A DNA stretch of 64,000 nucleotides from Torpedo marmorata (GCA_977017645.1 OZ360227.1:126914001-126978000); one strand, 5' to 3'; numbered from the stretch's first letter, positions 38,691 through 53,317 are shown. A program made the numbers and translations. Notes: generated from the sequence alone by a model not told the origin.

Positions 38691-39194
38691 TATATTATCC
38701 TGCTCTATAATCAATCCATGGTTCTAGTATTTTAAAAAAAAGTTTTATGTCACACTGGCAGTTAAGCTTGCCTGCTAATGTTAATGATAGTGTGTATACT
38801 GTCCCAATGATTACATCTGGGCAGCAACCATTGCTTGCCCTGTCCAAAGAATGAGAAGCCAAAGTATTTGTCAGTTATTCTCGTGATTCTGAACTCAAAT
38901 TTAATATTAATTTTCAGTAAAAAATATTGCTATCAGTTGACAAATTTGAGGTTCAAACTAGTTTTAAAATTTCAAGTAATCCATTTGTAAATCAAATTGC
39001 CATTCACTCAAACCATTCAATGCCAATAAAGTGTGTTCAAAGCATTATTCTTAACTGATATGCACATATATGTCCACACAAAACTGTGAGAATAAAGCAA
39101 TTGATAATTAGCTATTTCTTAACAGATATCCAACATGAACATGGTTACAAGTATCAAAATGGTAAAGTCCCTGCAACTTTACAGGCACTAGTAC

Positions 39195-39290
39195 CTTAAA
39201 TAGTCGAACCACTGTCATCCAGCAGGTCCTACTATGCTCATCATCTGCACAAAGGAGTTTCATGTCTTTGGCATCTCCCGACCTGTTAAG
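39195..39290 (-). CDS. GRB14: GRB14-like exon, PH domain end: LNRSGDAKDMKLLCADDEHSRTCWMTVVRLFK
   Basis: 96 nt; ttccag acceptor, AAG|gtacta donor; lies within ORF 39108..39368; LCA.DE.SRTCW motif. Confidence 0.94.
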
Positions 39291-39593
39291 CTGGAAGGTC
39301 ATAGCAGATTGTTCAGCATTAACACACAATTTAACACTTGTTGGAATTAACAATAGATAAAATTTCATGCAAAAAAATAATTTCTATCTCTTCAAGTCCA
39401 TTTATTTTCAGTTTGTTTAAAAGCATTAATACTGTCTAATAAAATAAATACTTCCATGATGTGAAAACCTCAACTTGTAATTAGTACAATCTTGAATCTT
39501 GTTTACAATGCAGTTTCAGAATAAGAGGACATCCATGTCCAGATTTATGGGATAACTATTCATATTTAGTAATCCATTCAAGAAGTGATATAC

Positions 39594-39704
39594 CTTGAGA
39601 CAGAATCCAAAGTTTGTTGGAGCTCCATACATCTTCTTCCCTGATAACATTGTGTAAACATTGTTTTCATTTAAATCAGCAATAAACTGTAGATGTCTTG
39701 GTTC
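39594..39704 (-). CDS. GRB14: GRB14-like exon, PH domain: EPRHLQFIADLNENNVYTMLSGKKMYGAPTNFGFCLK
   Basis: 111 nt; aacag acceptor, AAG|gtatat donor; EPRHLQ and GAPT.FGFC.K motifs. Confidence 0.95.
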
Positions 39705-42055
39705 CTGTTATTGCAAATAAGAAGAGTTATTAAAGCACCAAGTACATTTCAGAAATATACAATACCTTACTCCTGTTATTCCTTTCAACATCTGAGGCCC
39801 AGAAACATTAAACATTAGGCAGGGGAGACACAACTGCCAAAAGAGTTGAAATCACTCATCTAATATTTCAAAATAGCTGCTCTACTGAATACACAGAATT
39901 GCATCTATATTGATTTTTATAATAATGAAAAATACTTATCATTTGCCCATTTAAGGAGTTCCCCACTATAAAGGCAGATGAGATTAATGATAGGGATTGC
40001 AATGCACAAATAAGGGGATACATGGGAGATGTATATTAATGTTTAAAATGTCAAAATGTTCTCTTTGTACAACTTTAAATATGCAAGACATTGATTATTA
40101 TTTTTAAGGATAGCCCTGACATCTAACAGTCATTGTGGAATTCATTTACTTTTGCTGCACACAGCTCATCAATTTGACCATTGTGTTGTTCCTGGGAATT
40201 AAAATATCCACAAAAACATTTCTGGCAGAATTGGAAGAACATTTCAGAATCGGTTGATACTGTACTTAAAATTTCAAAAGCATAGTTAAGTTATGAATTG
40301 AATTCAATCAATTGGAAGAGCACCATAGTTGACCATGATTGCTGCAGTAGAAATGTGCCAATCCTATACAGTTACATGGAACATGAATCAAACACAAGGG
40401 CATTGAAGCAACTCTACTCAAGAAAGACCATCTTCTCTGCCAACTAAGGAGAATTAACTATGCTTCATCATTGTTATAATCGTGAAACTACTTCACAAAA
40501 CATTTATTGTTTGCTTTATTCAAAAGAGCAATCTAGCTATCTTCAAACTCAATGGTCTTTGACAGTAAAGAATGTTTATGAATGTGTGGTTGGGCTGTAA
40601 CACAAGGAGATTAGAACAGGCAAATACCAGGAGATGTTACTGTTCTGTCAAGATGCATTAATTAATGCATTGACCCACAAATAAACGTCACCCATGCCCT
40701 GTTCCGCCTCTCTTGCCTGTGACCCCTTTGGCAAGAGGGGATGAAAGTGCTTGGCCTCCAGATAGCCCATCTCTTGGAAATTCTCCTACCAAGGTTTGCG
40801 CAGTCTTGCTGACCATTTACAAAGATCACCAGATGAATTTCATCTCTGCGAATAGCAAGCACTTATCTTGATCATGTTCCCTAGTTCTGACTCTCCATGT
40901 ACACCACCTAACAATCTCAAAAGTTGAGCCAAATGATCTGTGCTGTAATAAAGGTCATATTTCAATGAATCAGAATTCTGCAAACCCATTTATTTGAAGA
41001 GCCATTGGAAAGAATAAGACAAACAAGACATGTAATCCGTAGTCAGAAACAAGCAAAAGTCTTCACAGCTGGCAAAGTGGGGGTTTGTCCTGGCCTACCT
41101 CCAACATTCTTGTAAGTCACAAGGCCTGTCTGACTCAGGACTAGTAACATCTGGGCATTTGCAACATGTACAAAAATTGTTAATTCTCTTGTAAACCAAT
41201 AATTTAAGAAAACATCTCTAAGCTGTTAAATCCTCAATTTGTTGAATTATTTCAAACTACTACTATATTACTAACTCGTATTGGCAGATTTCAATCCTAA
41301 ATAGTATATGTCAAGTATTTTTCAGTGCGTTGTTATTTGATGATTATGGACAAGGGGTAATACTTTCTTCTCAACAGTAAAGGTAGTACTTCATGCTTTA
41401 TAGTAGTTATTTGTCCAATCGCATTTAACAAAGAAAATCAAAGCAACAAGTAAGAGGGAATGTGAAGTGACAAAGGAAAAAAATCATTTTTGACATGCAA
41501 ATGCAAACACAGTTACTGCAGGGATGAGATATCTTGATGTGAAGGTGATAACCTTGCATAGTATTTAAAAGCAATCTTGAGAGGAAAGTTGGACTACAAA
41601 AAAAAAAATCAGCATTTTGAAATGTTTAAAAAGAAAATTGAGGCATCGGGTGATCTGCATTTCAGAATACAATTGTTTATGCATTTGGAGCAAGAGTAGA
41701 CCACTAAATCCTTCAAGCCTGCTCCATCATTTTTTGTTAGGTTTGACTGCAAAATCAACTCAGCATTTCCATTTGCCAGGATTAACCTTTCACCACTTAA
41801 GAAAAACAGATCTATCTCTACCTTAAATATTGCACGCTTTGAGGAACAGAGAATGTTTTCGTGTCGGAGAACCTTGGAGGCACAGCCTCTTTAGAAGACA
41901 AAGAGCTAAAAAAGAGACCCTAATAGCACTTGGCTCTATTTAAGTTTGCTTTAAAAAGGAATTTTTACAAATGAGATTAAAGCAAAATGATGCAAACCAA
42001 AGCTTTAGTTTAATTAGCATAGACCCAAATGACTTGTACTACCATCAGTTCATTT

Positions 42056-42562
42056 CTTTTTTTAAAAGATTTTAAATCACACAGTACATAGTTTAAAATG
42101 CAAAATTATCAGATTACATGTGATACATTTTCACCCTCCCCTCCCTCCCCTTCCCTAACCCTCCCGAAAAAAAGAAAGAAGGAAGAAAAAGATAAAGTAA
42201 GAAGAATGTCACTCTAAACAAAACTACTGTAACCTAATTTTATAGTGGAACACAGGCTCGCCAGTCAGATCCAATATCTGGAGATCTTCAAATCCTTAAA
42301 CCGACAGTTTTTATATACGGGTTCCATATTTTCAAAAAGAAATAATATTTATCATGCAAATTATAAGTAATTTTTTCAAGTGGTATACATGAACGCAATT
42401 CAGCATGCCATCTTTCTAACCCTAAATCTACATTCGATTTCCATGTAATGGCAATACATTTCTTAGAAACGGCTAAAGCAATACGTAAAAATTCTGTTTG
42501 ATACATATCTAATTTCATTTTAACACTGGTTCCTTTAATATCTCCAAACAAAAATAACATAG
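42056..42562 (-). mobile_element. L1-clade LINE 3' end (same subfamily as 33703-34955)
   Basis: ORF 42288..42560 ALAVSKKCIAITWKS..IPLEKITY..KIWNPYI; similar 3' UTR. Confidence 0.88.
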
Positions 42563-45500
42563 TTCATTTCTACATTTGATTGCTATGAGTGAAGGTAGGC
42601 AATACTTGAATACTGGCCAATATTTTTCTAATCAATGACAAATCAGGTTATCCCACAATAAGTTCGAGTGGAGGTTATTCTGCACGTAGATTCTACCATA
42701 ATCCTTCTGTACTAATTTAGGCAAGCAGAAATAATATCCTTGGTCTAATTGGAAAGTTTGTAACAATCAGGTCAAAAGAGGGACAGTTTTGTCCGTGATT
42801 TTTTAGCAATTGTGCGCCCAGGACTACAAAACATTGCTGTTATGACCCTTAGAAATCCAAGGTCACTGCAATTCCTTCAAACCCACCTTGAATTGATTCA
42901 TAGTTCAAGAGGAAACAGACAGAAATGTAACCCACTGTTTCATATGGTATCCAGTGCATGTATTTTTTCCAGATACTTTTTCCCTATACAAAGCTTTGTC
43001 GCTTAGAACTTACTATTCATCAAGTTCCATTGCAAATATATTGTGGACACCCATAACGAAGTCAACACTACGCTCTTAACGAGTCTTGTGTGAATGCATA
43101 CACAGTCACCGCTTTCTGTACATATACTCTAGTATTTCACTTAATGATACCAATTACTTTATTGCAGTAATATTTCATTTTAGGTAGTGTGTCAATTGAG
43201 AAATATAACCAGTCATAGAAGTTATTCAAAAAATGTAGTGAGTTATAGCTTGAATATAGCCCTCATTTAGGCTCATTCATTTTATCAAGTTAAACAAAAA
43301 CTCACAAACTGGAAAAATCAGGTCATCTTACTTGGGCTCCAATAAGAGGTTTAATTTAAAAACTGGTGCGACACCAAACCTACTCTGCATCAATACAACC
43401 CAGAAAAAAATGCATTGATCTGAAATGCTAATTATCTCTCTCCACAGATGCTAGGTGGTTCCAGGACATTGCTTTAATTTCAGATTTCTCACATCTTCAC
43501 TTTGCCTTGTGTACACCAAATGTACTCTAACTACACCCACAACAAAAACAGTACATACCAGATAGTAAAATTTTTTATGTTTTTAATTTTCTTTGAAGTA
43601 AAAAGACTTTTTTTTAAAATCCTGTATTTATTTGTTTTGCATGCATTAGGGAAGAGATAGCAAGGTAAACTATTTTACCGTAAACTCAAATGTTACAGCA
43701 ATTTCTGTTAATGGGTCATCTACAACATTTAATCAGAGTTGTAGTTGAAAGTTTCAAAATTGCCTGTAAATATCTGACAGAACAGCACAAACACTTTCAT
43801 AAGTATATTATCATATGCTAATTTATATAACCTATTATTCCGATAATTCCTTAAAATTAGATGTCAGTAATTTGTCACTGAAACAATTTCAGTGAATGAA
43901 GAATATGTTTAATCATATATTGCTGTATCTTCCAAAAGCACAAAAAACTTTACTGTTTGGATAAATTCAGAAGTTCACTTTCTAGAACAAGTATCCACTG
44001 TTCAACTGAATTCTCTACTACCTTTGTTAATCATTGATCTTTGAATAAATTGACCATGCGGTTAAACAAAGTTTAATTTTGCTTACCCCAATAAATTACC
44101 AAGTCACACAACTAAAAATATACACTGTGGTTCTGAAACTACATCTAAATATTTATTTTTTTTTATTTTTTTTTTTTTTAAAGTCATTTAAGTAAATGTG
44201 ATCAACTTTTCCATGGTGTCACTGATATAATACATGATCTTGTTGCACTTTCTATGGGTCTGATAAACACGCAACTACAAAATGACTTCATCAATATATT
44301 TAAGGGGAGGCTGGGTAAGCAGTCGAGGAAGAAAGAGGGTTGTAGAGTTAGGTTTAAACATGGAAAATTAGACTAGGTTCAAGCTACCATTAGGGATTGG
44401 TCAGGCAAAAAGGCCCATTTGAGTTTGCACAATCCCTTGATTTGCAGAATATTTCTTACTGGAATACAGAAAATTTACTGAATAATCACAGACATAACAA
44501 TTATCAAGGTGAGGCAAGAGACCAAATCCATTTTATTGCTGCACAACTCAATGGCATAAACATGCCGTAAGTGCAGCTTCTGACTTGATTCTTGAATATG
44601 GAGCAACAAAACCAGCAGCTTCAATTTGACAAGTTAAAACTGTCCCCTCTAAACCCTTTCCTGGTCCAAACATGTTTCCCAGCTCAATAGGAGAAAAAAA
44701 TAATGGCGTTCTCCTGCTCCGATTAACAAGTTTCTCCTCGTGTCTGTATAATATGTGGAGCTTGCCAATCTTATTCCAAAGTCTAATCAAATTTGATCAT
44801 GTCTTCTGCAGGCACAGCACAATGCTGATAAATGAATCTCAGTATAGCAGCAGGAGTATTGAAAGGATGACCTCCGCCTTGGCAATAAATAATTTATTGG
44901 CTACCTTAGACATTCCCTGAGATGGTAATCAGTTACAACGTGGAGGAAGAATACTGCAATTCACAAGGGAAGCGTGCCTGGAAACAGTGATTGGCTTCAA
45001 GTTATTACCAAATACAACTGTATAATTTGGGGGTGGGGGGTGCAATACAACAGGATTACAGTATATTAACAAATTAACAATTTACATTTTGTGATGGAGA
45101 TGCCTTTCTATTTTTACATTTAGAAGCAGTCTCTATGCTCTCTTCAGAAAAAAATGCACTAGAATTTCATGGATCACATACAAATTTCAGCTACATTCAT
45201 CATTTCTATTTGCAGGGGAATTCATCAGGCAATTTTAGAATTGAGGGGAAAGCAGTTTTGCCTAATGTATGATCGTGCTTGTATTGCAAACTTTAATAAT
45301 CAAAAAAAAAAATCAAAAATCTAATGCAACAAAACGCAATTAATGAAGATAGAGCTTGTTAGCAGTGAAGCAATTATGACTCATCTAGATCAATAAATTT
45401 AAGATTAAAAGCTAATGAACATTACACATTTGAGATCAATGTCATGTGGGAGAACTTCTATTAGAGTACAAGATCAATCTCATGAAGCAGAGACAACCAA

Positions 45501-45954
45501 CTAATGAACACAAGGATTTTTACAGAGAGGGCAGCCATCCCCACAACTTTGGAAGCACAATGGAAGGGTAACCATTACTTAGCTTTTTCCCTTGGGTGTG
45601 TGAGAACTTATAATGGAATATTTCTCATTCCCAAGATTTTACTGATGGAAAATCCACTCACTTCAATAATCAGATGGAGCAATTTTAATCCTTTAAATTT
45701 AGTTTTTTATCCTGACAGATAAAAATACTTTTTCCTTCAACAATCATCACAAAACTACCAGATAATAAAAATCTTGTTGGCTAATGTCCTTCAGAGAAGC
45801 CAGCCATCCTTAAATGGTCTTGCCTACAATGCCAGTGGAGTCAGCTCTTAAATGACTTCATTTGCAATTGGGGATGGTAAATAAATGTCGGTGCTGGAAA
45901 ATGATACAGCGATCTTAAAATGTTGAAATGTTTCATATCACTGATGTGATAAGT

Positions 45955-46190
45955 GACAAATTTACCAGAGATCTTTGAGGATATAATGAGCGCTGAGCAT
46001 AGAGGGGATCAGGTGGATGTTTTAAACTTGGATTTCCAAGTGGCATTTGACAAGATGAAACATAAAAGACATCTATAAAATAAAGACGCACAGTGTTGGC
46101 TTAATGAATTAGCATGGATAGAGGATTGTTTAACCAACAGAAGGCAGCGAGTTGGGAAAAATTGGTGCTTCTCTGATTGGCAAATACCAA
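45955..46190 (+). mobile_element. CR1 reverse transcriptase fragment
   Basis: Translates to VDVLNLDFQVAFDK and WIEDCLTNRRQRVG. Confidence 0.7.
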
Positions 46191-46199
46191 GTTGCACAT

Positions 46200-46604
46200 C
46201 TCAGCTTATGAGCTTTAACCTCCTACTCTACTGTTCAGAGACAAAACTTTCAACTCATTGCCAAAACGGAAACCAAAGTTTTCTGCTCAGCAGAAATAAA
46301 AAGCAGACCCTTCTACCTGCCCTAGGAATTCGTGGGAGAGGGCGGGTGGGAGGGAGAGAGCGGGCGGGAGGGAGAGAGCGGGCAGGAGGGAGCGAATGGG
46401 AGGGAGAGAGCGGCGGCTGCGACTCTGGAAAGCACGGGCCACCCAAGGGAAGGTAGTCCGCGAAGCTGCGGGCCCACTTCCTGGACTCCACTCGGTGCCC
46501 AAAATGGCGGCACCAAAATGTCACCTTCGCGTACAAGACCCGGGGTGGTTTTTGAGGCGATTTTTTGGGGAAAAAAGGGGGGTCTTATATGCCGTCAAAT
46601 ATGG
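46200..46604. mobile_element. Truncated Tc2/pogo-type MITE (one TIR only) containing an ~18-bp G-rich tandem repeat
   Basis: Ends ggtcttatatgccgtcaaatatgg followed by TA (reverse complement resembles CCGTATTT-type TIR); gggagggagagagcgggc repeats at ~46337-46415. Confidence 0.6.
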
Positions 46605-48193
46605 TATATTGATCGGAGTCATTACCAATTAAATAATTGCCCAAAAGCCAATGCCCAACCACAGAGACCACCGTACAAAAATCTGATCTATACAAAAATA
46701 AAGCAAGCAAAACATATACATCAGTAACCTTGTCCACCCAACTAATCTAACAAACCCCCACTGCCGGCCCACCCCACACTGAAGATCTCCCACCATGGTG
46801 GAGATCCGCTCTATAAAAAAGTAATAACCCAAAATACTTGGTTGTGATCTTAAAGCTCGTAGCCAACAATTAAAGAAAATAAAAACCCACCGGATTGTAA
46901 AAACAAGGATTAAATAACACTCTCCACTTCAAAAGTTCTAATATATACCAGAACTTAGTGGAAAATATAAAACCTAACCAATCAAGAAAATAAATCTTAA
47001 GTACATACATAAGATAAATAAATCATATTCTATATGGTCTAATCAATCTTCAGTTAATTATAATATTTTGGTAATGTAAAACAACTTTACATTTACACAA
47101 CCATGATCAGTCCTTACACATATAACTCTTATATTAAGTATACACTACACCATTAGAAAGAGCATCATTATATGTATGTGTGTGAAAATCTAATATGCCT
47201 AAATTTTAAAAAAGCCCCCAATACCACATAAGTATCAGGAAGACAGAAAACTCCCCAAACCCCCAAGCCTTGTGTAGCAACAATTGCCCTCTGTGCGCAT
47301 GCGTGGGCTATAAAGGGCCGCGCATGCGCAAAAGAAAAAAAAAGCCCGACATAAAATATAATTAATTATAATAAAAGCCATTAAAAACCTTGAAATAATT
47401 TTTAAAATAAACAAACCCCTAATACAGTCTATATAAGCAAAAAACCAACTAATCCTTAACTGTGCTATAAAAGTTAGGGGAAACCCCCAAGCCATTAACG
47501 AAACGGCACATAGTATATGCATGCGCCAGTCTAGATCAGTGTCGCGCATGCGCAGACTGAAAAAAAAAAAAAAACCCGATAAAACAGGATTAAACCTGAA
47601 AAAGCCCCCTTTAATCTCCACGACTAACAATTATTCATACACATTCTATCCAAAGGAAAAGGTAAAAATTAGTGCTAAACCTAACCATGCTTATCAAATG
47701 TAATATGTTCTATGCGCATGCACGAAAAAGTAAAGGAGTTCCCCTGGGCAAGAACCTATGTCGCCATTTTCCTCTTTGTTCTATATTAAAATTTCAAACT
47801 ATCAGACCACCATTTTCTCTATAAATTCAGACAGATTAAATTAACATCGCTTCCCAACCGCCATTTTCTTTTTCCCTTATGAACAAAGAGATCAAAACAT
47901 ATTTCAAATCGCCATTTTGTAATGTTATATCTAGAGTCTGAAATAAACCAAAACTTCTTGTAAAATGTTGACACCAGAGAAAACAAAATTGAAGAGAGGA
48001 ATTAAAGCCTCCTTCCCCTAAACTATATATATATTTTTTTTTTTATTTTTTTTTTTTGGAAAGAAACCCTCCAGATTACCCCTTCCCTCACAATGGTATA
48101 TCCCCAGAATACAAAGACAACTCAGACAAAGAAACATTAAAAAGTTCCCCTGTTCCGAAATGGTATCAATTCCCTTAAAAGGTAAAAAAGTTC

Positions 48194-51100
48194 ATGTTTT
48201 TGGAATGCCCAAATTTAGAGAGATTTTGGAAAGACATTTTCCAAACTCTATCAACAATTTTTAAGATTAAAATATAACCATGTCCTATAATTGCTGTTTG
48301 GTTTTTCACGTGAATCAAATATACTTCTGTCCGCATCTCAGGAGAAAGTTTTAGCCTTTTCCACGTTGATAGCCAGACGAGCAATTCTATTGAAATGGAA
48401 AAATCCAGATTTATACAAGAGTAGAACTTAAAACTAAATTTGATCTTCTCTCTACCTATCCAATTGAACAACAATTGTTAAGAAGTAGAAGTCTTTTTTT
48501 ATATTCATGGAGAAAAATCTAGTAAATTACTAGTTGGACAATTAAAAGGAATTTCTGCTAAAAAACAAATAAATAAAATTCGGATGAGGGATGGTAAAAA
48601 TGACAACAGATTATTTTAAAATAAATGAGACCTTTAAGGAATTTTACTCTAACCTTTATAATGTCAGAATTTCTAGATCGGCTGAATCTTCCGGTACTTT
48701 CTCAAGATAAACGTACAAGTTTGGAGAAAACTATTTCACAGGAGGATATAGCTGTGGATATTTCCTCATTACAGTCTGGTAAATCTCCAGGACCAGACAG
48801 TTATCCTGTAGAATTCTATATATCTTTCTCCAAATTGCTTGTACCTCACTTGAGTGTGGTTCTGGGTGACTCATTCAATGAGCAGAAGCTTCCCACATTA
48901 TTTAATGAGGCCAGTATATCCCTAATTCTTAAAAAAGGGAAAGAACCAACAGAATGTTCATCTTATAGACCCATTTCATTACTTAATATGGATATGAAGA
49001 TTTTATCCAAGGTTTTAGCACACAGATTAGAAAATATTTTACCAATAATTATCAATTCTGATCAGAATGGTTTTATTAAAAATCGTTATTCCTATTATAA
49101 TATACATAGATTCTTGAATATTTTATATTTACACTCTACCCCAGTGACAGAATGTGTTCTTTCATTAGATGCTGAAAAAGCATTTGATCGGGTGGAGTGG
49201 GAGTATCTATTTGCCATTTTAGAAAAAAATAATTTTGGTTTTGATTTCATTAAATGGATTAAATTATTATATGCATGCCCTATGGCCTCAGTTCATTCTA
49301 ATTTACAACAATCAAACGTGTTTATGCTTAATAGGGGAACTCGCCAAGGTTGCCCGTTAATCCTCTGCTTTTTGATATAGTACTAGAACCTCTAGCTATC
49401 GCTCTTCGGCATTGCAGAGAATTTAAAGGTATAACTAGATGTGAAATTGAACATAAAGTATCTCTTTATGCAGATGATTTATTGCTTTTTATTTAAAACC
49501 CTGAGGTCTCTATACCAAATATATTAACTTTGTTTACTTAATTTAGCCAATTTTCAGGTTAAATTAAATTTACATAAGAGTGAATTACTACCCTTAAAAG
49601 GACCTCTTGTTAGTTATTCTAATTTCCCGTTTAAAATAGTGAATAATCAATTCCAATATTTAGGAATTACAATTACAAAAAGTCACAAAAATTTAGTGAA
49701 AGAGAATTTCTTGGTAATAAGATTAAACCATTATTATCGGGTTGGTCACCCTTATCTATTACAATGATGAGTCGTATCAATTCGATTAAAATGAATATGT
49801 TGCCTAATTTTCTCTATCTTTTCCAAGCTTTACCAATTTTTATTCCTAAAGTCTTTAGTTCATTCTTCTTACATATGGCAGGGAAACAACCACGTATAAA
49901 AAAGCCCATCTTCAAAAGATTAAAAGGAATGGAGGGTTATCTAAAATCTGGAAATGATTTTATTATTGGGCGATTAATGTTCGTAATTTGCTTTTATTAT
50001 TACATTTTGACAAATTAGTGAATCGCCCCTCTGGGGTGGAAATGGAACTGAAGTTTTTTTTTTTTTTAAAAACATCTATGCCCGCAATTTTGGGATTTTT
50101 TTAACCATTTTCCTTTTCCAAATTGACTCACAATCCATTATTGAGAAATAGGTTGAGTTGAGAATATGGACTCAGTTTATCTTACTCTTAGCTTGATTAA
50201 CGCCTCTTCATTCTGTGCAAGACATTGTTTATTACAATTTAAGGTGGTACATAGAATCCATATGTCCAAACTTAAATTATCTCATTTTTATGTAGATATT
50301 GATCCACTATGTGAGAAGTGTAAAGTTTTTGAAACCTCACTGATACATATGTTTTCGGAATGCCCAAATTTAGAGAGATTTTGGGAAGATATTTTCCAAA
50401 CTTTATCAATGATTTTCAAGATTAAAATAGAACCATGTCCGATAATTGCTTTGTTTGGTTTTTCACGTGAACCAAATATACCTCTGTCTGCATCTCAGGA
50501 GAAAGTTTTAGCCTTTTCCACGTTGATAGCCAGACGAGCAATTCTATTGAAATGGAAAGATGATTCCTCACCTACCCATATACAGTGGTTACAGGATGTA
50601 ATGTCTTATTTGAGCTTGGAGAAAATTAGATACAATATTAAAGATAGAAAGTTTCAATTTCTAAAGATCTGGGGCCCATTCATAGAATACTATCATGATT
50701 GGAAGAATTAAGAATCTTGAATGTTCCGAGAATTCTCTGTCCAATGTCTGAAGGTTGCTATCTGATCCATTTTTTTTCCTTTTTTCTTTTTTTTTTTTTT
50801 TAAATATTTTATTTTGAAAATTTTTATCCATACATGCAGTTATACAACACATAACAAGATGTCAATTCATTATAGTTACACTACTTATACACGATCATTA
50901 AACCCCAACCCCCCTTCCCCCAAACCAAATCCGCAGAAAAGAGATAAAAGAAAAATATGAAGAAAGATAAAGTGACCTGGATGGTAAAAAGTCGCCACCT
51001 CCATCACGGTTTTTAATTAATTACTTTTTTTTCCTCATATATTCTCAGGGGGAAATTAATGAAGCACTTGGTGAGGGTTTCCTTTTTTCTTACAAAGGTA

Positions 51101-51375
51101 ACCTTGAAAAGAGGGAGGGGTTAAATTAGATTTAGTTTTTAGGTTTTTTTTTTCTTTTTATATTACTCTTTTTAGTTGAATAATTTGAAATATGGGCTTT
51201 AACATGAATTTACAGTATATTCATAACTTGTCTCTCACGTGAACTTAGGAACTGGTTCATGCAGTTCCATTTGGGTTTTTTTTCTTTTGTATTTGTATGA
51301 ATTTGAGATGACTTTTTATGTGTCCTCAAATTTTTTTGTTTATATGTTAAACTCAATAAAAATATTTTAAAAAGA
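48194..51375 (+). mobile_element. Decayed, rearranged L1-clade LINE (RT, zinc knuckle, 3' UTR); contains an opposite-strand L1-tail-like segment at ~50770-51010
   Basis: ORFs 48625..49380 (GKSPGPD, YRPISLLN, SLDAEKAFDRVEW, RGTRQGCP), SLYADDLL at ~49460 and 50166..50711 (CEKC..HMF..CP). Confidence 0.92.
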
Positions 51376-51597
51376 AACAATAGAAAAGTGGGTGAAATTG
51401 TAAGACTAAAAGCAATGGGCACAAAAGGAGAGACTGACGAGAGGAAAAGCAACATACTTTGAATTTTAAGCAGTCCAATGTCAATCAAAATGGGAGTTTT
51501 TTTTTTGTTTTTTTTTTTTTTTTTTTTTTTTATAAATGGTTACTCCCACTTCCTAACTTTCTGTTCCCCCCTCACGTATTCAAGGTATCTTAAATGT

Positions 51598-52135
51598 GAG
51601 TGAAACATGGAACTCTGCAGATGCTGTGATTGTAGTAAAAACAGTGAATGTTGGAGGAACTCAACTGCCCTTGCAGCATCCAGTAAAGAAATACTGTATT
51701 ACCATGTTCTCCTTCAAACAATGTGGCTTTCCCTCTACCACCATCAGCTCGGCCCTTACCCGCATATCCTACAATATCCTCCATTACCCGCAAATCTGCC
51801 CTGACCCCCTCCGCCCCCACATGCAATAAGGACAGGATTCCCTTTGGCTTCATCTACCACTCCACCAGCATCCATGCCCAACATGTCCTCCTCCGCCAAT
51901 TCCCCCACCGCCTACGTGATCCCACCACCAGACACATTCCCCTCTCCGTCTTCCGCAGGGACCGCTCTGTCCGTGACTCCCTCATCCACTCCTCCCTCCC
52001 CACCAATTATTCCCTTGGCACCTACCCCTGTGACTGCAGGAGATGCTCTACTGCATCCACACGTCCTCCCTCACCACCATTCAGGGCCTCAAACAGTCCT
52101 TCCAAGTGAACCAACACTTCACTTGTGAATCTGCT
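51598..52135 (+). mobile_element. Penelope-like element fragment with inverted pLTR segment at its 5' side
   Basis: ORF 51723 has DRIP...YH, FRRDRSVRDSLIHS and TYPCDCRRCST (Cys linker before GIY-YIG); preceded by gcagatgctg..ttggaggaactca. Confidence 0.78.
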
Positions 52136-52255
52136 AATAATTCTCCATTCCTGGCAACATCCTCTGCACCCTTTAAAGCCAACAATTCCTTCTAGTCCAC
52201 TGACCAGAACAGAGTTCGCTCACCATGACAACTAATGCTCTGTTCAGTTCCTATC

Positions 52256-53135
52256 TTTTTTTTAAAAAATATTTTATTTTAAATTTTCAAATTTTCACAA
52301 TAATACAAAATAGTACAAAGTACAAAGTGAACAATAATAAATTCAATACATACAGATTTCGCATTACCGTGGTTCTAACCCCATCTAAACCCACCTTTAC
52401 AAAAACAACCCACCCTCCACCCTTCCCATCCCTTATCCCCTCCCCTCACTATGAATAAGAAAGAAGAGAGAGAGGAAGAAAAAATCTGTACAGGTCCACG
52501 GCTCGGTGCAATAAGTTCAACAGTGTTCATTCTTTAAATTTAAATTTAAGATAGTCAGCAGGGTCTGGGATGTAGGGCAACACATTTAAATATTCATTCC
52601 TAATAATTGGATAAATGGACGCCAAATTTGCAAAAATAGCCCATATTTATTCCTCATGTTGTACGTTATTCTTTCCAATGGAATACAACTCTGCATCTCT
52701 GAATTCCATCTATCCATACTTAAATTTGTATCCGATTTCCAAGTTACTGCTATACATTTCCTTGCTACTGCTAATGCAATTTTTACAAATTTTAATTGCC
52801 ATATAGATAATTTCAATTTTGGTCTAGTTCCTTCTACGTTTCCCAATAAAAATAAGTCAGGATTCTGAGGGAATGTAACACCTGTAATTTGTTTTAACCG
52901 GTTTCCTAACTCTGTCCAAAAACCTTTAACTTTTGAACATGACCATGTTGAATGCAAAAAAGTTCCCTCTTCTTCACCACACCTAAAACATCTATTTGAT
53001 ATCGCGGAGTTTATCTTATTCAATTTTTGTGGTGTGAAATATAATTGATGTAAAAAGTTGTATTGTACCAGTCTATATCTTACATTAACAGTGTTGGTCA
53101 TACTATCTAAACATATATTCGACCATCTTTTTTCG
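52256..53135 (-). mobile_element. L1-clade LINE 3' fragment
   Basis: ORF 52586..53101 with CFRC..HSTWSC and IPLERITY; 3' UTR and poly(A). Confidence 0.9.
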
Positions 53136-53317
53136 TCCTATCTTGTATCTATCCACAAGGCCAGTATCCAAGCATTCACAAATTACTTCATGTTATTCTG
53201 AGGAGTTAAAAATATCATACAAACATTTAATCAATATCCAGTCTCAAAATATAAAATTTTAAGTACATTTTGAGAAAGACTAGTTCAGAAAAAATTCAAT
53301 TGATGCTGATTTATTAC

